64,000 bases of DNA, taken from Eledone cirrhosa (lineage: Eukaryota). The DNA is taken from NCBI GenBank assembly GCA_964016885.1, contig OZ024742.1:346084001-346148000 (forward strand), in the 5' to 3' direction. Below are positions 1 through 14,652 of this stretch, piece by piece (within the stretch, counting starts at the first letter, position 1; each line of letters begins with the position of its first letter). Position numbers and translations under genes: made by a program. Under the pieces are notes generated by a model, which was not told the DNA's origin, ran no database searches, and saw only the letters and a program-made list of their open reading frames with translations.

Positions 1-3000
1 TAGTAGTGTGAGTTAGTGGTGTGAGTTATTGGTGTGAGTTAGTAGTGTGAGTTAGTAGTGTGAGTTAGTAGTGTGAGTTAGTAGTGTGAGTTAGTAGTGT
101 GAGTTAGTAGTGTGAGTTAGTAGTGTGAGTTAGTGGTGTGAGTTAGTAGTGTTAGTTAGTAGTGTGAGTTAGTAGTGTGAGTTAGTGGTGTGAGTTAGTG
201 GTGTGAGTTAGTGGTGTGAGTTAGTGGTGTGAGTTAGTAGTGTGAGTTAGTAGTGTGAGTTAGTGGTGTGAGTTAGTGGTGTGAGTTAGTGGTGTGAGTT
301 AGTGGTGTGAGTTAGTGGTGTGAGTTAGTAGTGTGAGTTAGTGGTGTGAGTTAGTGGTGTGAGTTAGTGGTGTGAGTTAGTGGTGTGAGTTAGTGGTGTG
401 AGTTAGTGGTGTGAGTTAGTGGTGTGAGTTAGTGGTGTGAGTTAGTAGTGTGAGTTAGTAGTGTGAGTTAGTGGTGTGAGTTAGTGGTGTGAGTTAGTGG
501 TGTGAGTTAGTGGTGTGAGTTAGTGGTGTGAGTTAGTAGTGTGAGTTAGTAGTGTGAGTTAGTGGTGTGAGTTAGTGGTGTGAGTTAGTGGTGTTAGTTA
601 GTGGTGTGAGTTAGTACTGTGAGTTAGTAGTGTGAGTTAGTGGTGTGAGTTAGTGGTGTGAGTTAGTGGTGTGAGTTAGTAGTGTGAGTTAGTGGTGTGA
701 GTTAGTGGTGTGAGTTAGTAGTGTGAGTTAGTGGTGTGAGTTAGTGGTGTGAGTTAGTGGTGTGAGTTAGTAGTGTGAGTTAGTAGTGTGAGTTAGTAGT
801 GTGAGTTAGTGGTGTGAGTTAGTGGTGTGAGTATGTAGTGTGAGTTAGTAGTGTGAGTTAGTGGTGTTAGTTAGTAGTGTGAGTTAGTAGTGTGAGTTAG
901 TAGTGTGTGTTAGTGGTGTGAGTTAATAGTGTGAGTTAGTAGTGTGAGTTAGTGGTGTGAGTATGTAGTGTGAGTTAGTAGTGTGAGTTAGTGGTGTGAG
1001 TTAGTGGTGTGAGTTATTGGTGTGAGTTAGTAGTGTGAGTTAGTAGTGTGAGTTAGTAGTGTGAGTTAGTAGTGTGAGTTAGTAGTGTGAGTTAGTGGTG
1101 TGAGTTAGTACTGTGAGTTAGTGGTGTTAGTTAGTACTGTGAGTTAGTAGTGTGAGTTAGTGGTGTGAGTTAGTAGTGTGAGTTAGTGGTGTGAGTATGT
1201 AGTGTGAGTTAGTAGTGTGAGTTAGTGGTGTGAGTTAGTAGTGTGAGTTAGTAGTGTGAGTATGTAGTGTGAGTTAGTAGTGTGAGTTAGTGGTGTTAGT
1301 TAGTGGTGTGAGTTAGTACTGTGAGTTAGTAGTGTGAGTTAGTGGTGTGAGTTAGTAGTGTGAGTTAGTAGTGTGAGTTAGTACTGTGAGTTAGTAGTGT
1401 GAGTTAGTGGTGTGAGTTAGTAGTGTTAGTTAGTAGTGTGAGTTAGTAGTGTGAGTTAGTAGTGTGAGTTAGTAGTGTGAGTTAGTGGTGTGAGTTAGTG
1501 GTGTGAGTTAGTGGTGTGAGTTAGTAGTGTGAGTTAGTGGTGTGAGTTAGTAGTGTGAGTTAGTGGTGTGAGTTAGTAGTGTGAGTTAGTAGTGTGAGTT
1601 AGTAGTGTGAGTTAGTGGTGTGAGTTAGTAGTGTGAGTTAGTAGTGTGAGTTAGTAGTGTGAGTTAGTAGTGTGAGTTAGTAGGTGTGAGTTAGTAGTGT
1701 GAGTTAGTAGTGTGAGTTAGTAGGTGTGAGTTAGTAGTGTGAGTTAGTAGTGTGAGTTAGTAGTGTGAGTTAGTGGTGTGAGTTAGTAGTGTGAGTTAGT
1801 AGTGTGAGTTAGTAGTGTGAGTTAGTGGTGTGAGTTAGTAGTGTGAGTTAGTAGTGTGAGTTAGTGGTGTTAGTTAGTAGTGTGAGTTAGTGGTGTGAGT
1901 TAGTGGTGTGAGTTAGTGGTGTGAGTTAGTAGTGTGAGTTAGTGGTGTGAGTTAGTAGTGTGAGTTAGTACTGTGAGTATGTAGTGTGAGTTAGTAGTGT
2001 GAGTTAGTGGTGTGAGTTAGTAGTGTGAGTTAGTATTGTGAGTTAGTAGTGTGAGTTAGTAGTGTGAGTTAGTAGTGTGAGTTAGTGTGTGAGTATGTAG
2101 TGTGAGTTAGTGGTGTGAGTTAGTGGTGTGAGTTAGTAGTGTGAGTTAGTAGTGTGAGTTAGTGGTGTGAGTTAGTAGTGTGAGTTAGTAGTGTGAGTTA
2201 GTGGTGTGAGTTAGTAGTGTGAGTTAGTAGTGTGAGTTAGTGGTGTGAGTTAGTAGTGTGAGTTAGTAGTGTGAGTTAGTGGTGTGAGTATGTAGTGTGA
2301 GTTAGTAGTGTGAGTTAGTGGTGTGAGTATGTAGTGTGAGTTAGTAGTGTGAGTTAGTAGTGTGAGTTAGTAGTGTGAGTTAGTAGTGTGAGTTAGTAGT
2401 GTGAGTATGTAGTGTGAGTATGTAGTGTGAGTTAGTAGTGTGAGTTAGTAGTGTGAGTTAGTAGTGTGAGTTAGTAGTGTGAGTTAGTAGTGTGAGTTAG
2501 TGGTGTGAGTATGTAGTGTGAGTTAGTGTGTGAGTTAGTAGTGTGAGTTAGTGGTGTGAGTTAGTAGTGTGAGTTAGTAGTGTGAGTTAGTGGTGTGAGT
2601 TTGTAGTGTGAGTTAGTAGTGTGAGTTAGTAGTGTGAGTTAGTGGTGTGAGTTAGTAGTGTGAGTTAGTAGTGTGAGTTAGTGGTGTGAGTATGTAGTGT
2701 GAGTTAGTAGTGTGAGTTAGTAGTGTGAGTTAGTAGTGTGAGTTAGTAGTGTGAGTTAGTAGTGTGAGTTTGTAGTGTGAGTTAGTGGTGTGAGTTAGTG
2801 TGTGAGTTTGTAGTGTGAGTTAGTAGTGTGAGTTAGTAGTGTGAGTTATGTAGTGTGAGTTAGTAGTGTGAGTTAGTAGTGTGAGTTAGTAGTGTGAGTT
2901 AGTAGTGTGAGTTAGTGGTGTGAGTTAGTAGTGTGAGTTAGTGGTGTGAGTTAGTGGTGTGAGTTAGTAGTGTGAGTTAGTGGTGTGAGTTAGTGGTGTT

Positions 3001-6000
3001 AGTTAGTGGTGTGAGTTAGTAGTGTGAGTTAGTAGTGTGAGTTAGTAGTGTGAGTTAGTAGTGTGAGTTAGTAGTGTGAGTTAGTAGTGTGAGTTAGTAG
3101 TGTGAGTTAGTGGTGTGAGTTAGTAGTGTGAGTTAGTAGTGTGAGTTAGTAGTGTGAGTTAGTGGTGTGAGTTAGTAGGTGTGAGTTAGTAGTGTGAGTT
3201 AGTGGTGTTAGTTAGTAGTGTGAGTTAGTAGTGTGAGTTAGTAGTGTGAGTTAGTAGTGTGAGTTAGTAGTGTGAGTTAGTAGTGTGAGTTAGTAGTGTG
3301 AGTTAGTAGTGTGAGTTAGTGGTGTTAGTTAGTAGTGTGAGTTAGTAGTGTGAGTTAGTAGTGTGAGTTAGTAGTGTGAGTTAGTACTGTGAGTTAGTGG
3401 TGTGAGTTAGTAGTGTGAGTTAGTGGTGTGAGTTAGTGGTGTGAGTTAGTGGTGTGAGTTAGTAGTTGTGAGTTAGTGGTGTGAGTTAGTAGTGTGAGTT
3501 AGTTGTGTGAGTTAGTGGTGTGAGTATGTAGTGTGAGTTAGTAGTGTGAGTTAGTGGTGTGAGTATGTAGTGTGGTTAGTAGTGTGAGTTAGTGGTGTGA
3601 GTTAGTAGTGTGAGTTAGTAGTGTGAGTTAGTAGTGTGAGTTAGTAGTGTTAGTTAGTAGTGTGAGTTAGTAGTGTGAGTTAGTAGTGTGAGTTAGTAGT
3701 GTGAGTTAGTAGTGTGAGTTAGTAGTGTGAGTTAGTGGTTTGAGTTAGTGGTGTGAGTTAGTAGTGTCAGTTAGTGGTGTGAGTTAGTAGTGTGAGTTAG
3801 TAGTGTGAGTTAGTAGTGTGAGTTAGTAGTGTTAGTTACTGGTGTGAGTTAGTAGTGTGAGTTAGTAGTGTGAGTTAGTAGTGTGAGTTAGTAGTGTTAG
3901 TTAGTAGTGTGAGTTAGTAGTGTGAGTTAGTAGTGTGAGTTACTGGTGTGAGTTAGTAGTGTGAGTTAGTAGTGTTAGTTACTGGTGTGAGTTAGTAGTG
4001 TGAGTTAGTGGTGTGAGTATGTAGTGTGAGTTAGTAGTGTGAGTTAGTGGTGTGAGTTAGTAGTGTGAGTTAGTAGTGTGAGTTAGTAGTGTGAGTTAGT
4101 AGTGTTAGTTAGTAGTGTGAGTTAGTAGTGTGAGTTAGTAGTGTGAGTTAGTAGTGTGAGTTAGTAATGTGAGTTAGTAGTGTGAGTTAGTGGTGTGAGT
4201 TAGTGGTGTGAGTTAGTAGTGTCAGTTAGTGGTGTGAGTTAGTAGTGTGAGTTAGTAGTGTGAGTTAGTAGTGTGAGTTAGTAGTGTTAGTTACTGGTGT
4301 GAGTTAGTAGTGTGAGTTAGTAGTGTGAGTTAGTAGTGTGAGTTAGTAGTGTTAGTTAGTAGTGTGAGTTAGTAGTGTGAGTTAGTAGTGTGAGTTACTG
4401 GTGTGAGTTAGTAGTGTGAGTTAGTAGTGTTAGTTACTGGTGTGAGTTAGTAGTGTGAGTTAGTAGTGTGAGTTAGTAGTGTTAGTTAGTAGTGTGAGTT
4501 AGTGGTGTGAGTTAGTAGTGTGAGTTAGTAGTGTGAGTTAGTAGTGTGAGTTAGTAGTGTGAGTTAGTAGTGTGAGTTAGTAGTGTGAGTTAGTGGTGTG
4601 AGTTAGTAGTGTTAGTTAGTAGTGTGAGTTAGTGGTGTGAGTTAGTAGTGTGAGTTAGTAGTGTGAGTTAGTGGTGTGAGTTAGTAGTGTGAGTTAGTAG
4701 TGTGGGTTAGTAGTGTGAGTTAGTGGTGTGAGTTAGTAGTGTGAGTTAGTGGTGTGAGTTATTGGTGTGAGTTAGTAGTGTGAGTTAGTAGTGTGAGTTA
4801 GTGGTGTGAGTATGTAGTGTGAGTTAGTGTGTGAGTTATTGGTGTGAGTTAGTAGTGTGAGTTAGTGGTGTGAGTTAGTGGTGTGAGTTAGTAGTGTGAG
4901 TTAGTGGTGTGAGTTATTGGTGTGAGTTAGTAGTGTGAGTTAGTAGTGTGAGTTAGTGGTGTGAGTAGTAGTGTGAGTTAGTGGTGTGAGTTATAGGTGT
5001 GAGTTAGTAGTGTGAGTTAGTGGTGTGAGTTAGTAGTGTGAGTTAGTAGTGTTAGTTAGTAGTGTGAGTTAGTAGTGTGAGTTAGTAGTGTGAGTTAGTA
5101 GTGTGAGTTAGTAGTGTGAGTTAGTAGTGTGAGTTAGTGGTGTGAGTTAGTAGTGTGAGTTAGTAGTGTGAGTTAGTGGTGTGAGTTAGTAGTGTGAGTT
5201 AGTAGTGTGAGTTAGTAGTGTGAGTTAGTAGTGTGAGTTAGTAGTGTGAGTTAGTGGTGTGAGTTAGTAGTGTGAGTTAGTGGTGTGAGTTAGTAGTGTG
5301 AGTTAGTAGTGTGAGTTAGTGGTGTGAGTTAGTAGTGTGAGTTAGTAGTGTGAGTTAGTAGTGTGAGTTAGTAGTGTGAGTTAGTGTGTGAGTTAGTAGT
5401 GTGAGTTAGTAGTGTGAGTTAGTAGTGTGAGTTAGTAGTGTGAGTTAGTGGTGTGAGTTAGTAGTGTGAGTTAGTAGTGTGAGTTAGTAGTGTGAGTTAG
5501 TAGTGTGAGTTAGTAGTGTGAGTTAGTGGTGTGAGTTAGTAGTGTGAGTTAGTAGTGTGAGTTAGTAGTGTGAGTTAGTGGTGTGAGTTAGTAGTGTGAG
5601 TTAGTAGTGTGAGTTAGTGGTGTGAGTTAGTAGTGTGAGTTAGTGGTGTGAGTTAGTGGTGTGAGTTAGTAGTGTGAGTTAGTAGTGTGAGTTAGTAGTG
5701 TGAGTTAGTAGTGTGAGTTAGTGGTGTGAGTTAGTAGTGTGAGTTAGTAGTGTGAGTTAGTGTGTGAGTTACTAGTGTGAGTTAGTAGTGTGAGTTAGTG
5801 GTGTGAGTTAGTAGTGTGAGTTAGTAGTGTGAGTTAGTAGTGTGAGTTAGTAGTGTGAGTTAGTAGTGTGAGTTAGTAGTGTGAGTTAGTAGTGTGAGTT
5901 AGTGGTGTGAGTTAGTAGTGTGAGTTAGTAGTGTGAGTTAGTGGTGTGAGTTAGTAGTGTGAGTTAGTAGTGTGAGTTAGTGGTGTGAGTTAGTAGTGTG

Positions 6001-9000
6001 AGTTAGTAGTGTGAGTTAGTAGTGTGAGTTAGTAGTGTGAGTTAGTGGTGTGAGTTAGTGGTGTGAGTTAGTGGTGTTAGTTAGTAGTGTGAGTTAGTAG
6101 TGGTGTGAGTTAGTAGTGTGAGTTAGTAGTGTGAGTTAGTGGTGTGAGTTAGTGGTGTGAGTTAGTGGTGTTAGTTAGTAGTGTGAGTTAGTAGTGTGAG
6201 TTAGTAGTGTGAGTTAGTAGTGTGAGTTAGTGGTGTGAGTTAGTAGTGTGAGTTAGTGGTGTGAGTTAGTAGTGTGAGTTAGTAGTGTGAGTTAGTAGTG
6301 TGAGTTAGTAGTGTGAGTTAGTGGTGTGAGTTAGTGGTGTGAGTTGTGGTGTAGTTAGTGTGTGAGTTAGTAGTGTGAGTTAGTAGTGTGAGTTAGTAGT
6401 GTGAGTTAGTGGTGTGAGTTAGTAGTGTGAGTTAGTGGTGTGAGTTAGTAGTGTGAGTTAGTAGTGTGAGTTAGTAGTGTGAGTTAGTAGTGTGAGTTAG
6501 TAGTGTGAGTTAGTAGTGTGAGTTAGTAGTGTTAGTTAGTAGTGTGAGTTAGTGTGTGAGTTAGTAGTGTGAGTTAGTAGTGTGAGTAGTGGTGTGAGTA
6601 GTAGTGTGAGTTAGTGGTGTGAGTTAGTGGTGTGAGTTAGTAGTGTGAGTTAGTAGTGTGAGTTAGTGGTGTGAGTTAGTAGTGTGAGTTAGTGGTGTTA
6701 GTTAGTAGTGTGAGTTAGTAGTGTGAGTTAGTAGTGTGAGTTAGTAGGTGTGAGGTAGTGGTGTGAGTTAGTAGTGTGAGTTAGTGGTGTGAGTTAGTGG
6801 TGTGAGTTATTGGTGTGAGTTAGTAGTGTGAGTTAGTAGTGTGAGTTAGTAGTGTGAGTTAGTGGTGTGAGTTAGTAGTGTGAGTTAGTAGTGTGAGTTA
6901 GTAGTGTGAGTTAGTAGTGTGAGTTAGTAGTGTGAGTTAGTGGTGTGAGTTAGTGGTGTGAGTTAGTGGTGTGAGTTAGTAGTGTGAGTTAGTAGTGTGA
7001 GTTAGTGGTGTGAGTTATTGGTGTGAGTTAGTAGTGTGAGTTAGTAGTGTGAGTTAGTGGTGTGAGTTATTGGTGTGAGTTAGTAGTGTGAGTTAGTAGT
7101 GTGAGTTAGTGGTGTGAGTTATTGGTGTGAGTTAGTAGTGTGAGTTAGTAGTGTGAGTTAGTGGTGTGAGTTATTGGTGTGAGTTAGTGGTGTGAGTTAG
7201 TGGTGTGAGTTAGTAGTGTGAGTTAGTAGTGTGAGTTAGTGGTGTGAGTATGTAGTGTGAGTTAGTAGTGTGAGTTAGTAGTGTGAGTTAGTAGTGTGAG
7301 TTAGTAGTGTGAGTTAGTGGTGTGAGTTAGTAGTGTGAGTTAGTAGTGTGAGTTAGTGGTGTGAGTATGTAGTGTGAGTTAGTAGTGTGAGTTAGTAGTG
7401 TGAGTTAGTGGTGTGAGTTAGTAGTGTGAGTATGTAGTGTGAGTTAGTGGTGTGAGTTAGTAGTGTGAGTTAGTAGTGTGAGTTAGTAGTGTGAGTTAGT
7501 GGTGTGAGTTAGTAGTGTGAGTTAGTAGTGTGAGTTAGTGGTGTGAGTATGTAGTGTGAGTTAGTAGTGTGAGTTAGTAGTGTGAGTTAGTGGTGTGAGT
7601 TAGTAGTGTGAGTATGTAGTGTGAGTTAGTGGTGTGAGTTAGTAGTGTGAGTTAGTAGTGTGAGTTAGTAGTGTGAGTTAGTGGTGTGAGTTATTGGTGT
7701 GAGTTAGTAGTGTGAGTTAGTAGTGTGAGTTAGTAGTGTGAGTTAGTAGTGTGAGTTAGTAGTGTGAGTATGTAGTGTGAGTTAGTAGTGTGAGTTAGTA
7801 GTGTGAGTTAGTAGTGTGAGTTAGTAGTGTGAGTTAGTAGTGTGAGTTAGTAGTGTGAGTTAGTAGTGTGAGTTAGTAGTGTGAGTTAGTAGTGTGAGTT
7901 AGTAGTGTGAGTTAGTGGTGTGAGTTATTGGTGTGAGTTAGTAGTGTGAGTTAGTAGTGTGAGTTAGTAGTGTGAGTTAGTAGTGTGAGTTAGTAGTGTG
8001 AGTTAGTAGTGTGAGTTAGTAGTGTGAGTTAGTAGTGTGAGTTAGTAGTGTGAGTTAGTAGTGTGAGTATGTAGTGTGAGTTAGTAGTGTGAGTTAGTGG
8101 TGTGAGTTAGTAGTGTGAGTTAGTGGTGTGAGTTAGTGGTGTGAGTTAGTAGTGTGAGTTAGTAGTGTGAGTTAGTAGTGTGAGTTAGTAGTGTGAGTTA
8201 GTAGTGTGAGTTAGTAGTGTGAGTTAGTGGTGTGAGTTAGTAGTGTGAGTTAGTAGTGTGAGTTAGTAGTGTGAGTTAGTAGTGTGAGTTAGTAGTGTGA
8301 GTTAGTAGTGTGAGTTAGTGGTGTGAGTTAGTAGTGTGAGTATGTAGTGTGAGTTAGTAGTGTGAGTTAGTAGTGTGAGTTAGTAGTGTGAGTTAGTGGT
8401 GTGAGTTAGTGGTGTGAGTTAGTAGTGTGAGTATGTAGTGTGAGTTAGTGGTGTGAGTTAGTAGTGTGAGTTAGTAGTGTGAGTTAGTAGTGTGAGTTAG
8501 TAGTGTGAGTTAGTGGTGTGAGTTAGTAGTGTGAGTTAGTAGTGTGAGTTAGTAGTGTGAGTTAGTAGTGTGAGTTAGTAGTGTGAGTTAGTAGTGTGAG
8601 TATGTAGTGTGAGTTAGTAGTGTGAGTTAGTGGTGTGAGTTAGTAGTGTGAGTTAGTGGTGTGAGTTAGTAGTGTGAGTTAGTAGTGTGAGTTAGTAGTG
8701 TGAGTTAGTAGTGTGAGTTAGTAGTGTGAGTTAGTGGTGTGAGTTAGTAGTGTGAGTTAGTGGTGTGAGTTAGTAGTGTGAGATGTACTGTGAGTTAGTA
8801 GTGTGAGTTAGTGGTGTTAGTTAGTAGTGTGAGTTAGTAGTGTGAGTATGTAGTGTGAGTTAGTGGTGTGAGTTAGTGGTGTGAGTTAGTAGTGTGAGTT
8901 AGTAGTGTGAGTTAGTAGTGTGAGATGTACTGTGAGTTAGTAGTGTGAGTTAGTGGTGTTAGTTAGTAGTGTGAGTTAGTGGTGTGAGTTAGTAGTGTGA

Positions 9001-10069
9001 GTTAGTAGTGTGAGTTAGTAGTGTGAGATGTACTGTGAGTTAGTAGTGTGAGTTAGTGGTGTTAGTTAGTAGTGTGAGTTAGTAGTGTGAGTTAGTAGTG
9101 TGAGTTAGTAGTGTGAGTTAGTACTGTGAGTTAGTAGTGTGAGTTAGTAGTGTGAGTATGTAGTGTGAGTTAGTGGTGTGAGTTAGTAGTGTGAGATGTA
9201 CTGTGAGTTACTGGTGTGAGTTAGTAGTGTGAGTTAGTGGTGTGAGTTAGTAGTGTGAGTTAGTAGTGTGAGTTAGTAGTGTGAGTTAGTAGTGTGAGTT
9301 AGTGGTGTGAGTTAGTAGTGTGAGTTAGTGGTGTTAGTTAGTAGTGTGAGTTAGTAGTGTGAGTTAGTAGTGTGAGTTAGTAGTGTGAGTTAGTACTGTG
9401 AGTTAGTAGTGTGAGTTAGTAGTGTGAGTTAGTAGTGTGAGTATGTACTGTGAGTTAGTAGTGTGAGTTAGTGGTGTTAGTTAGTAGTGTGAGTTAGTAG
9501 TGTGAGTTAGTAGTGTGAGTTAGTAGTGTGAGTTAGTAGTGTGAGTTAGTAGTGTGAGTATGTACTGTGAGTTAGTAGTGTGAGTATGTACTGTGAGTTA
9601 GTAGTGTGAGTATGTACTGTGAGTTAGTAGTGTGAGTTAGTAGTGTGAGTTAGTAGTGTGAGTATGTACTGTGAGTTAGTAGTGTGAGTATGTACTGTGA
9701 GTTAGTAGTGTGAGTATGTACTGTGAGTTAGTAGTGTGAGTATGTACTGTGAGTTAGTAGTGTGAGTTAGTAGTGTGAGTATGTACTGTGAGTTAGTAGT
9801 GTGAGTTAGTAGTGTGAGTTAGTAGTGTGAGTATGTACTGTGAGTTAGTAGTGTGAGTATGTACTGTGAGTTAGTAGTGTGAGTATGTACTGTGAGTTAG
9901 TAGTGTGAGTATGTACTGTGAGTTAGTAGTGTGAGTATGTACTGTGAGTTAGTAGTGTGAGTATGTACTGTGAGTTAGTAGTGTGAGTATGTACTGTGAG
10001 TTAGTAGTGTGAGTATGTACTGTGAGTTAGTAGTGTGAGTATGTACTCTGAGTTAGTAGTGTGAGTATG
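1..10069. repeat. 13-bp satellite (GAGTTAGT[A/G]GTGT)n, extends beyond window start
   Basis: Continuous 13-mer with variants GAGTATGTAGTGT, GAGTTATTGGTGT, GAGTATGTACTGT; + strand almost lacks C. Confidence 0.98.
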
Positions 10070-10259
10070 ACTACATTGAATATATCTTTTCTGGATTCTC
10101 AATCTAATATTATTACAGTGATTTATTAGCATCAGGTGAATAGTAACTTTTGAAATGGCAGATGATTTTAAGTTCCAAATCAAGTTCACCATCCTTCCAC
10201 CCTGTAGTGCTATCATGATACAGAAAATCTCATTACCAAACCACTCACCCAGTACGGTT

Positions 10260-11330
<1,071 letters not shown>

Positions 11331-11774
11331 AAACATCCACTAATCAGCTTCATCCAGGACCTGATTAAAGCATTCTTTGGTCTTATTCATTGATGGCAAA
11401 ATTACTGCAAAGTGGCTGAAAATATTGACATAGATTTTAGTTACATGGGGCAACGGAGCGTTATCAGTGTTACAGAAATACTAACCAGAGGTTCTGAGGG
11501 ACTTTGTTAGAAGCGTGTTTTTGATGGCCAGTTCTTCTCCATAAATATGTTGTTAGATTAGGAGGGAAAGAGTGCCGGAAGAATGTATATCCCATATCTG
11601 TCATTTGTTAGAGGTCCCTCACATGGGCGTCTTGTCTCATCCAAGACAGCAATGTTGATGTAGCCAGATTAATGCTACTTTATAAGTAAGGGATATCAGA
11701 TGTGACACGTGAGTCCAGGAGAGTCCTTACATTCCATGTCAATAAATTCATGTTGAATTATTTCATATTTCGTA

Positions 11775-12160
11775 ATCATTAGTTCTCAGGTTTGATATCA
11801 CTGCGTGGTACCTTGGGTAAATGTCATTTACCATAGCTTCGGGTAGTTATATGTCTTGGGAGTGAAATTGGTTAGACAGAAGCTGTTCGAATGAGCGCCG
11901 GATGGTACTGTGCCTCTACTTCAAAAGCCAGCTTTGTCTCTCTCTCTCTCTCTCTCTCCCTCTCTCTCTCACACACACACACATACACATACACATATAC
12001 ACACACACGCTCACTCACTGTCACATTGAATCTCCTTAAGAATTAAGTTATGGGTACACGTGTCTGTGGAATTCTCTGCCACATTCACGTTCATTTCACG
12101 AGCAGGCTGTTCCGTTGATTGAACAACCAGAACACTCATCGTCGAATACGAAGAAGTTCC
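11775..12160 (+). mobile_element. Degenerate cephalopod-type SINE fragments
   Basis: B-box-like CAGGTTTGATATC followed by ACCTTGGGTAAATGTC core-like motif; later segment CACGAGCAGGCTGTTCCGTTGAT resembles an octopus SINE 3' part (from recall, not searched). Confidence 0.5.
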
Positions 12161-12430
12161 TTTACATTAGGAAGCAAATGAAATATATAATAACCATATC
12201 GTTTTGTGGCAAGCCTGGGAACCTCACTTAAAGAGCTAAAAGTACTAAAATTGGTCGAAATAACGACTTTGACTTTTAAATGGACTCTTCATCGCCCACC
12301 CCCTCCATAAAACGGCTTTTAAGTTTGCTCGAGTGGCAATTTAATATATATTACTGAAATAATTGAATAGGAATTTCAAAGTGAAGAAAATTAATAATAA
12401 AACGAAGACAATAAAATAATAAATAATCAC

Positions 12431-12488
<58 letters not shown>
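12431..12488. repeat. (TAA)n microsatellite abutting Tx1 3' end
   Basis: Pure TAA run directly next to the element 3' terminus. Confidence 0.95.
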
Positions 12489-12489
<1 letters not shown>

Positions 12490-13328
12490 TTTTCTTTATT
12501 AACCACAAGGGTTTACATAAAGTAGACATTAAGAACAGTACAGGACAATACAGGACGGTACAAATGGGCATTTCTGCGTGTAAAAAAAACAGAGGATGAA
12601 ATAAAATAACAAAGAAAAATTCCCCAATAGGGGGGAGACTTCCGAGGGACATTTGTGGAGAAAGCCCATTAAAAGACCACAGTGGCCCTGACCACCAGGG
12701 CAAGTGCCCTCTCCCAGTTTTCCACCCTTAATTTACAGACACATACTCAGAGAAGGCCCATTCATTCGGGCCATACTTGCTTCTCTCACCCATCTTTCAA
12801 CAAAATGCTGGGAAGAGAGCACTTCCCTCTCTACCCTGATTTTCCTTTTCAGATGAAATTTGAAAAAGTTAATCAGGGCATCACCGAAGAGGTAAGTGCT
12901 CGTCTTCAGCCCTTTCAAACGTGTCCACCATACTATCTCTTTCGCCATGGCCACCAGACAGATAAAAACTGCCTGCCCTTCCCGGCTAAAGGAAGAGGGC
13001 GGGGCAATCCTCACGATGGACTCAGCTGATAGCTGGATCCGTCCTACACGTGACAGCAGGTGTTCGACATAAACCCACAAGTCAGCAATGCTCGGACACT
13101 GGACGAGTGCGTGCAGGACGGTTTCGTCGCCCTGTGCGCATCTCGGACATGCCCGGCTGACGGCACCTCTATGCCTGTAAAGTTTATCCCGAACTGGCAA
13201 AGCACCCCGGTAGCACTGCCAGGCCAGGGATTTCTGGAAGTTGTCCATAGGCCCCGGCCCGAAAGTCCTTCCGAAGAGATTGGCTAGTTGATTTTCGTCG
13301 ACGCCTAGAGTTTCTCCAAGTACGTCGT
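12489..13328 (-). mobile_element. Tx1-like LINE 3' fragment (ORF2 C-terminus + 3'UTR)
   Basis: Reverse complement of 34538-35376; ORF 12733-13248 has zf-RVT-like CPRC..ETVLHALVQC; AATAAA close to the end. Confidence 0.92.
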
Positions 13329-13655
13329 GAAGCTTTTATAGGGAGCAAACGCACTGCACAAAGCCAGTCCCATTCTCTTAACCAAGATGATATTTACCAA
13401 AAAGAAGAACAAGTCAACATCATTGGATACCATCAGGGTTGCAGGTGTTATATCAGAGTTTTCCTTCTCCTAGAATTCTGCCTTGACAAAGGCTAAGGGG
13501 TCATCTCTCCCGGTGATTTTGGATGGCCATTGACTCTTAAGAGCTCCTTTGCCCTTTGACAGGTTTTGTTTTTAGTCCTGCAGGATGCCCAAAGTCACCC
13601 TCCTCACCAAGAAACCTTGGTGGGGTTGCCAGTTTAGTCGCCAACGAACCAAATC
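13329..13655 (-). mobile_element. RTE-clade LINE 5'-UTR-like fragment
   Basis: Minus strand has CTAGGAGAAGGAAAACTCTGAT, a motif typical of RTE 5' regions, and stacked hairpins (CACCAAG/CTTGGTG). Confidence 0.55.
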
Positions 13656-13659
13656 CTAC

Positions 13660-14164
13660 GAACACACGATATCATAAAGAGCAAAAGACAACCTAAGTCA
13701 ATGAAAAACATCCTAACACATGCCAAAGTACTGCCAACCACAACAACGAAACCCACAGTAAAAAAATGCGATAGACCCAACTGTGGCATTTGCATCAACC
13801 TAATAGAGGGTTCGGAATTCTATTTCAAAGAAGGACAACGTTTTATAGTAAAACACAATTTCACATGCGCATCAGAAAATCTAATATATGTATTAACTTG
13901 CTCAGGTTGTCGAGAACAATACATAGGCCAGACCAAAACAGCCTCCGCCAACGCATGACTGTCCATAGATCCCAAATTAAAATACAGGAATACAGTAAAA
14001 TACGACTTAATGAACAGATTGATACCTGTGCCGCCCAAAATCATCCCAACTTCAGAATCTTTCCCCTCTACAGATTTAAAGTTATTGCCACCCACACCCA
14101 GCGCATCAGCAAGGAATCTTACTTTATTAACAAATACGGACCCCGTCTAAACACTTCACCCTAA
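13660..14164 (+). pseudogene. Penelope-like element GIY-YIG endonuclease fragment (frameshifted)
   Basis: CDRPNCGIC zinc motif, NFTCASENLIYVLTCSGCREQYIGQT, then RMTVHRSQI..ESYFINKYGPRLN in the next frame. Confidence 0.88.
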
Positions 14165-14375
14165 GACGAACCCACAACATACACACGTCAACATACATAC
14201 CTACATCAGCATACATCTCTACCCACATATAAACACAATGACATACGTAAACACACATGTTCTATGGTGCAACAGAAATATACACAAATTTGCATACCTT
14301 TTGATGTCTATAGATAGAAACGTGCCGACACACACACATACATAAACGCACACATGCATTGCACACTGATGGGCA

Positions 14376-14652
14376 CATACATATTTGTGCACAGGTATTC
14401 CAATACGGCAAGGCCTAATGAATTCCCCTTGCAGTACGTACAATCTGGACACACTCCAGATACATATTTGTGCACAGGTATACAATTTTTGGACACACTC
14501 CAGATACATATGTACAATTTGTGCACAGGTATACAATTTGTGCACAGGTATACAATTTCTGAACACACTCCAGATACATATTTGTGCACAGGTATTCCAA
14601 TACGGCAAGCCCTAATGGATCCCCCTTGCAGTACGTACAATCTGGACACACT
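14376..14652. repeat. Nested local duplication (~78-bp block twice, with TTTGTGCACAGGTA subrepeats)
   Basis: TACATATTTGTGCACAGGTATTCCAATACGGCAAG at ~14377 and ~14574, shorter subrepeats between. Confidence 0.85.

Noticed and set aside
1-10069. True telomere repeat
   Set aside because: No TTAGGG or TTAGG units; the 13-mer only shares TTAG
13430-13655. HDV-like ribozyme in the RTE-like fragment
   Set aside because: Hairpins present but no P3/L3/P1.1 core could be assigned
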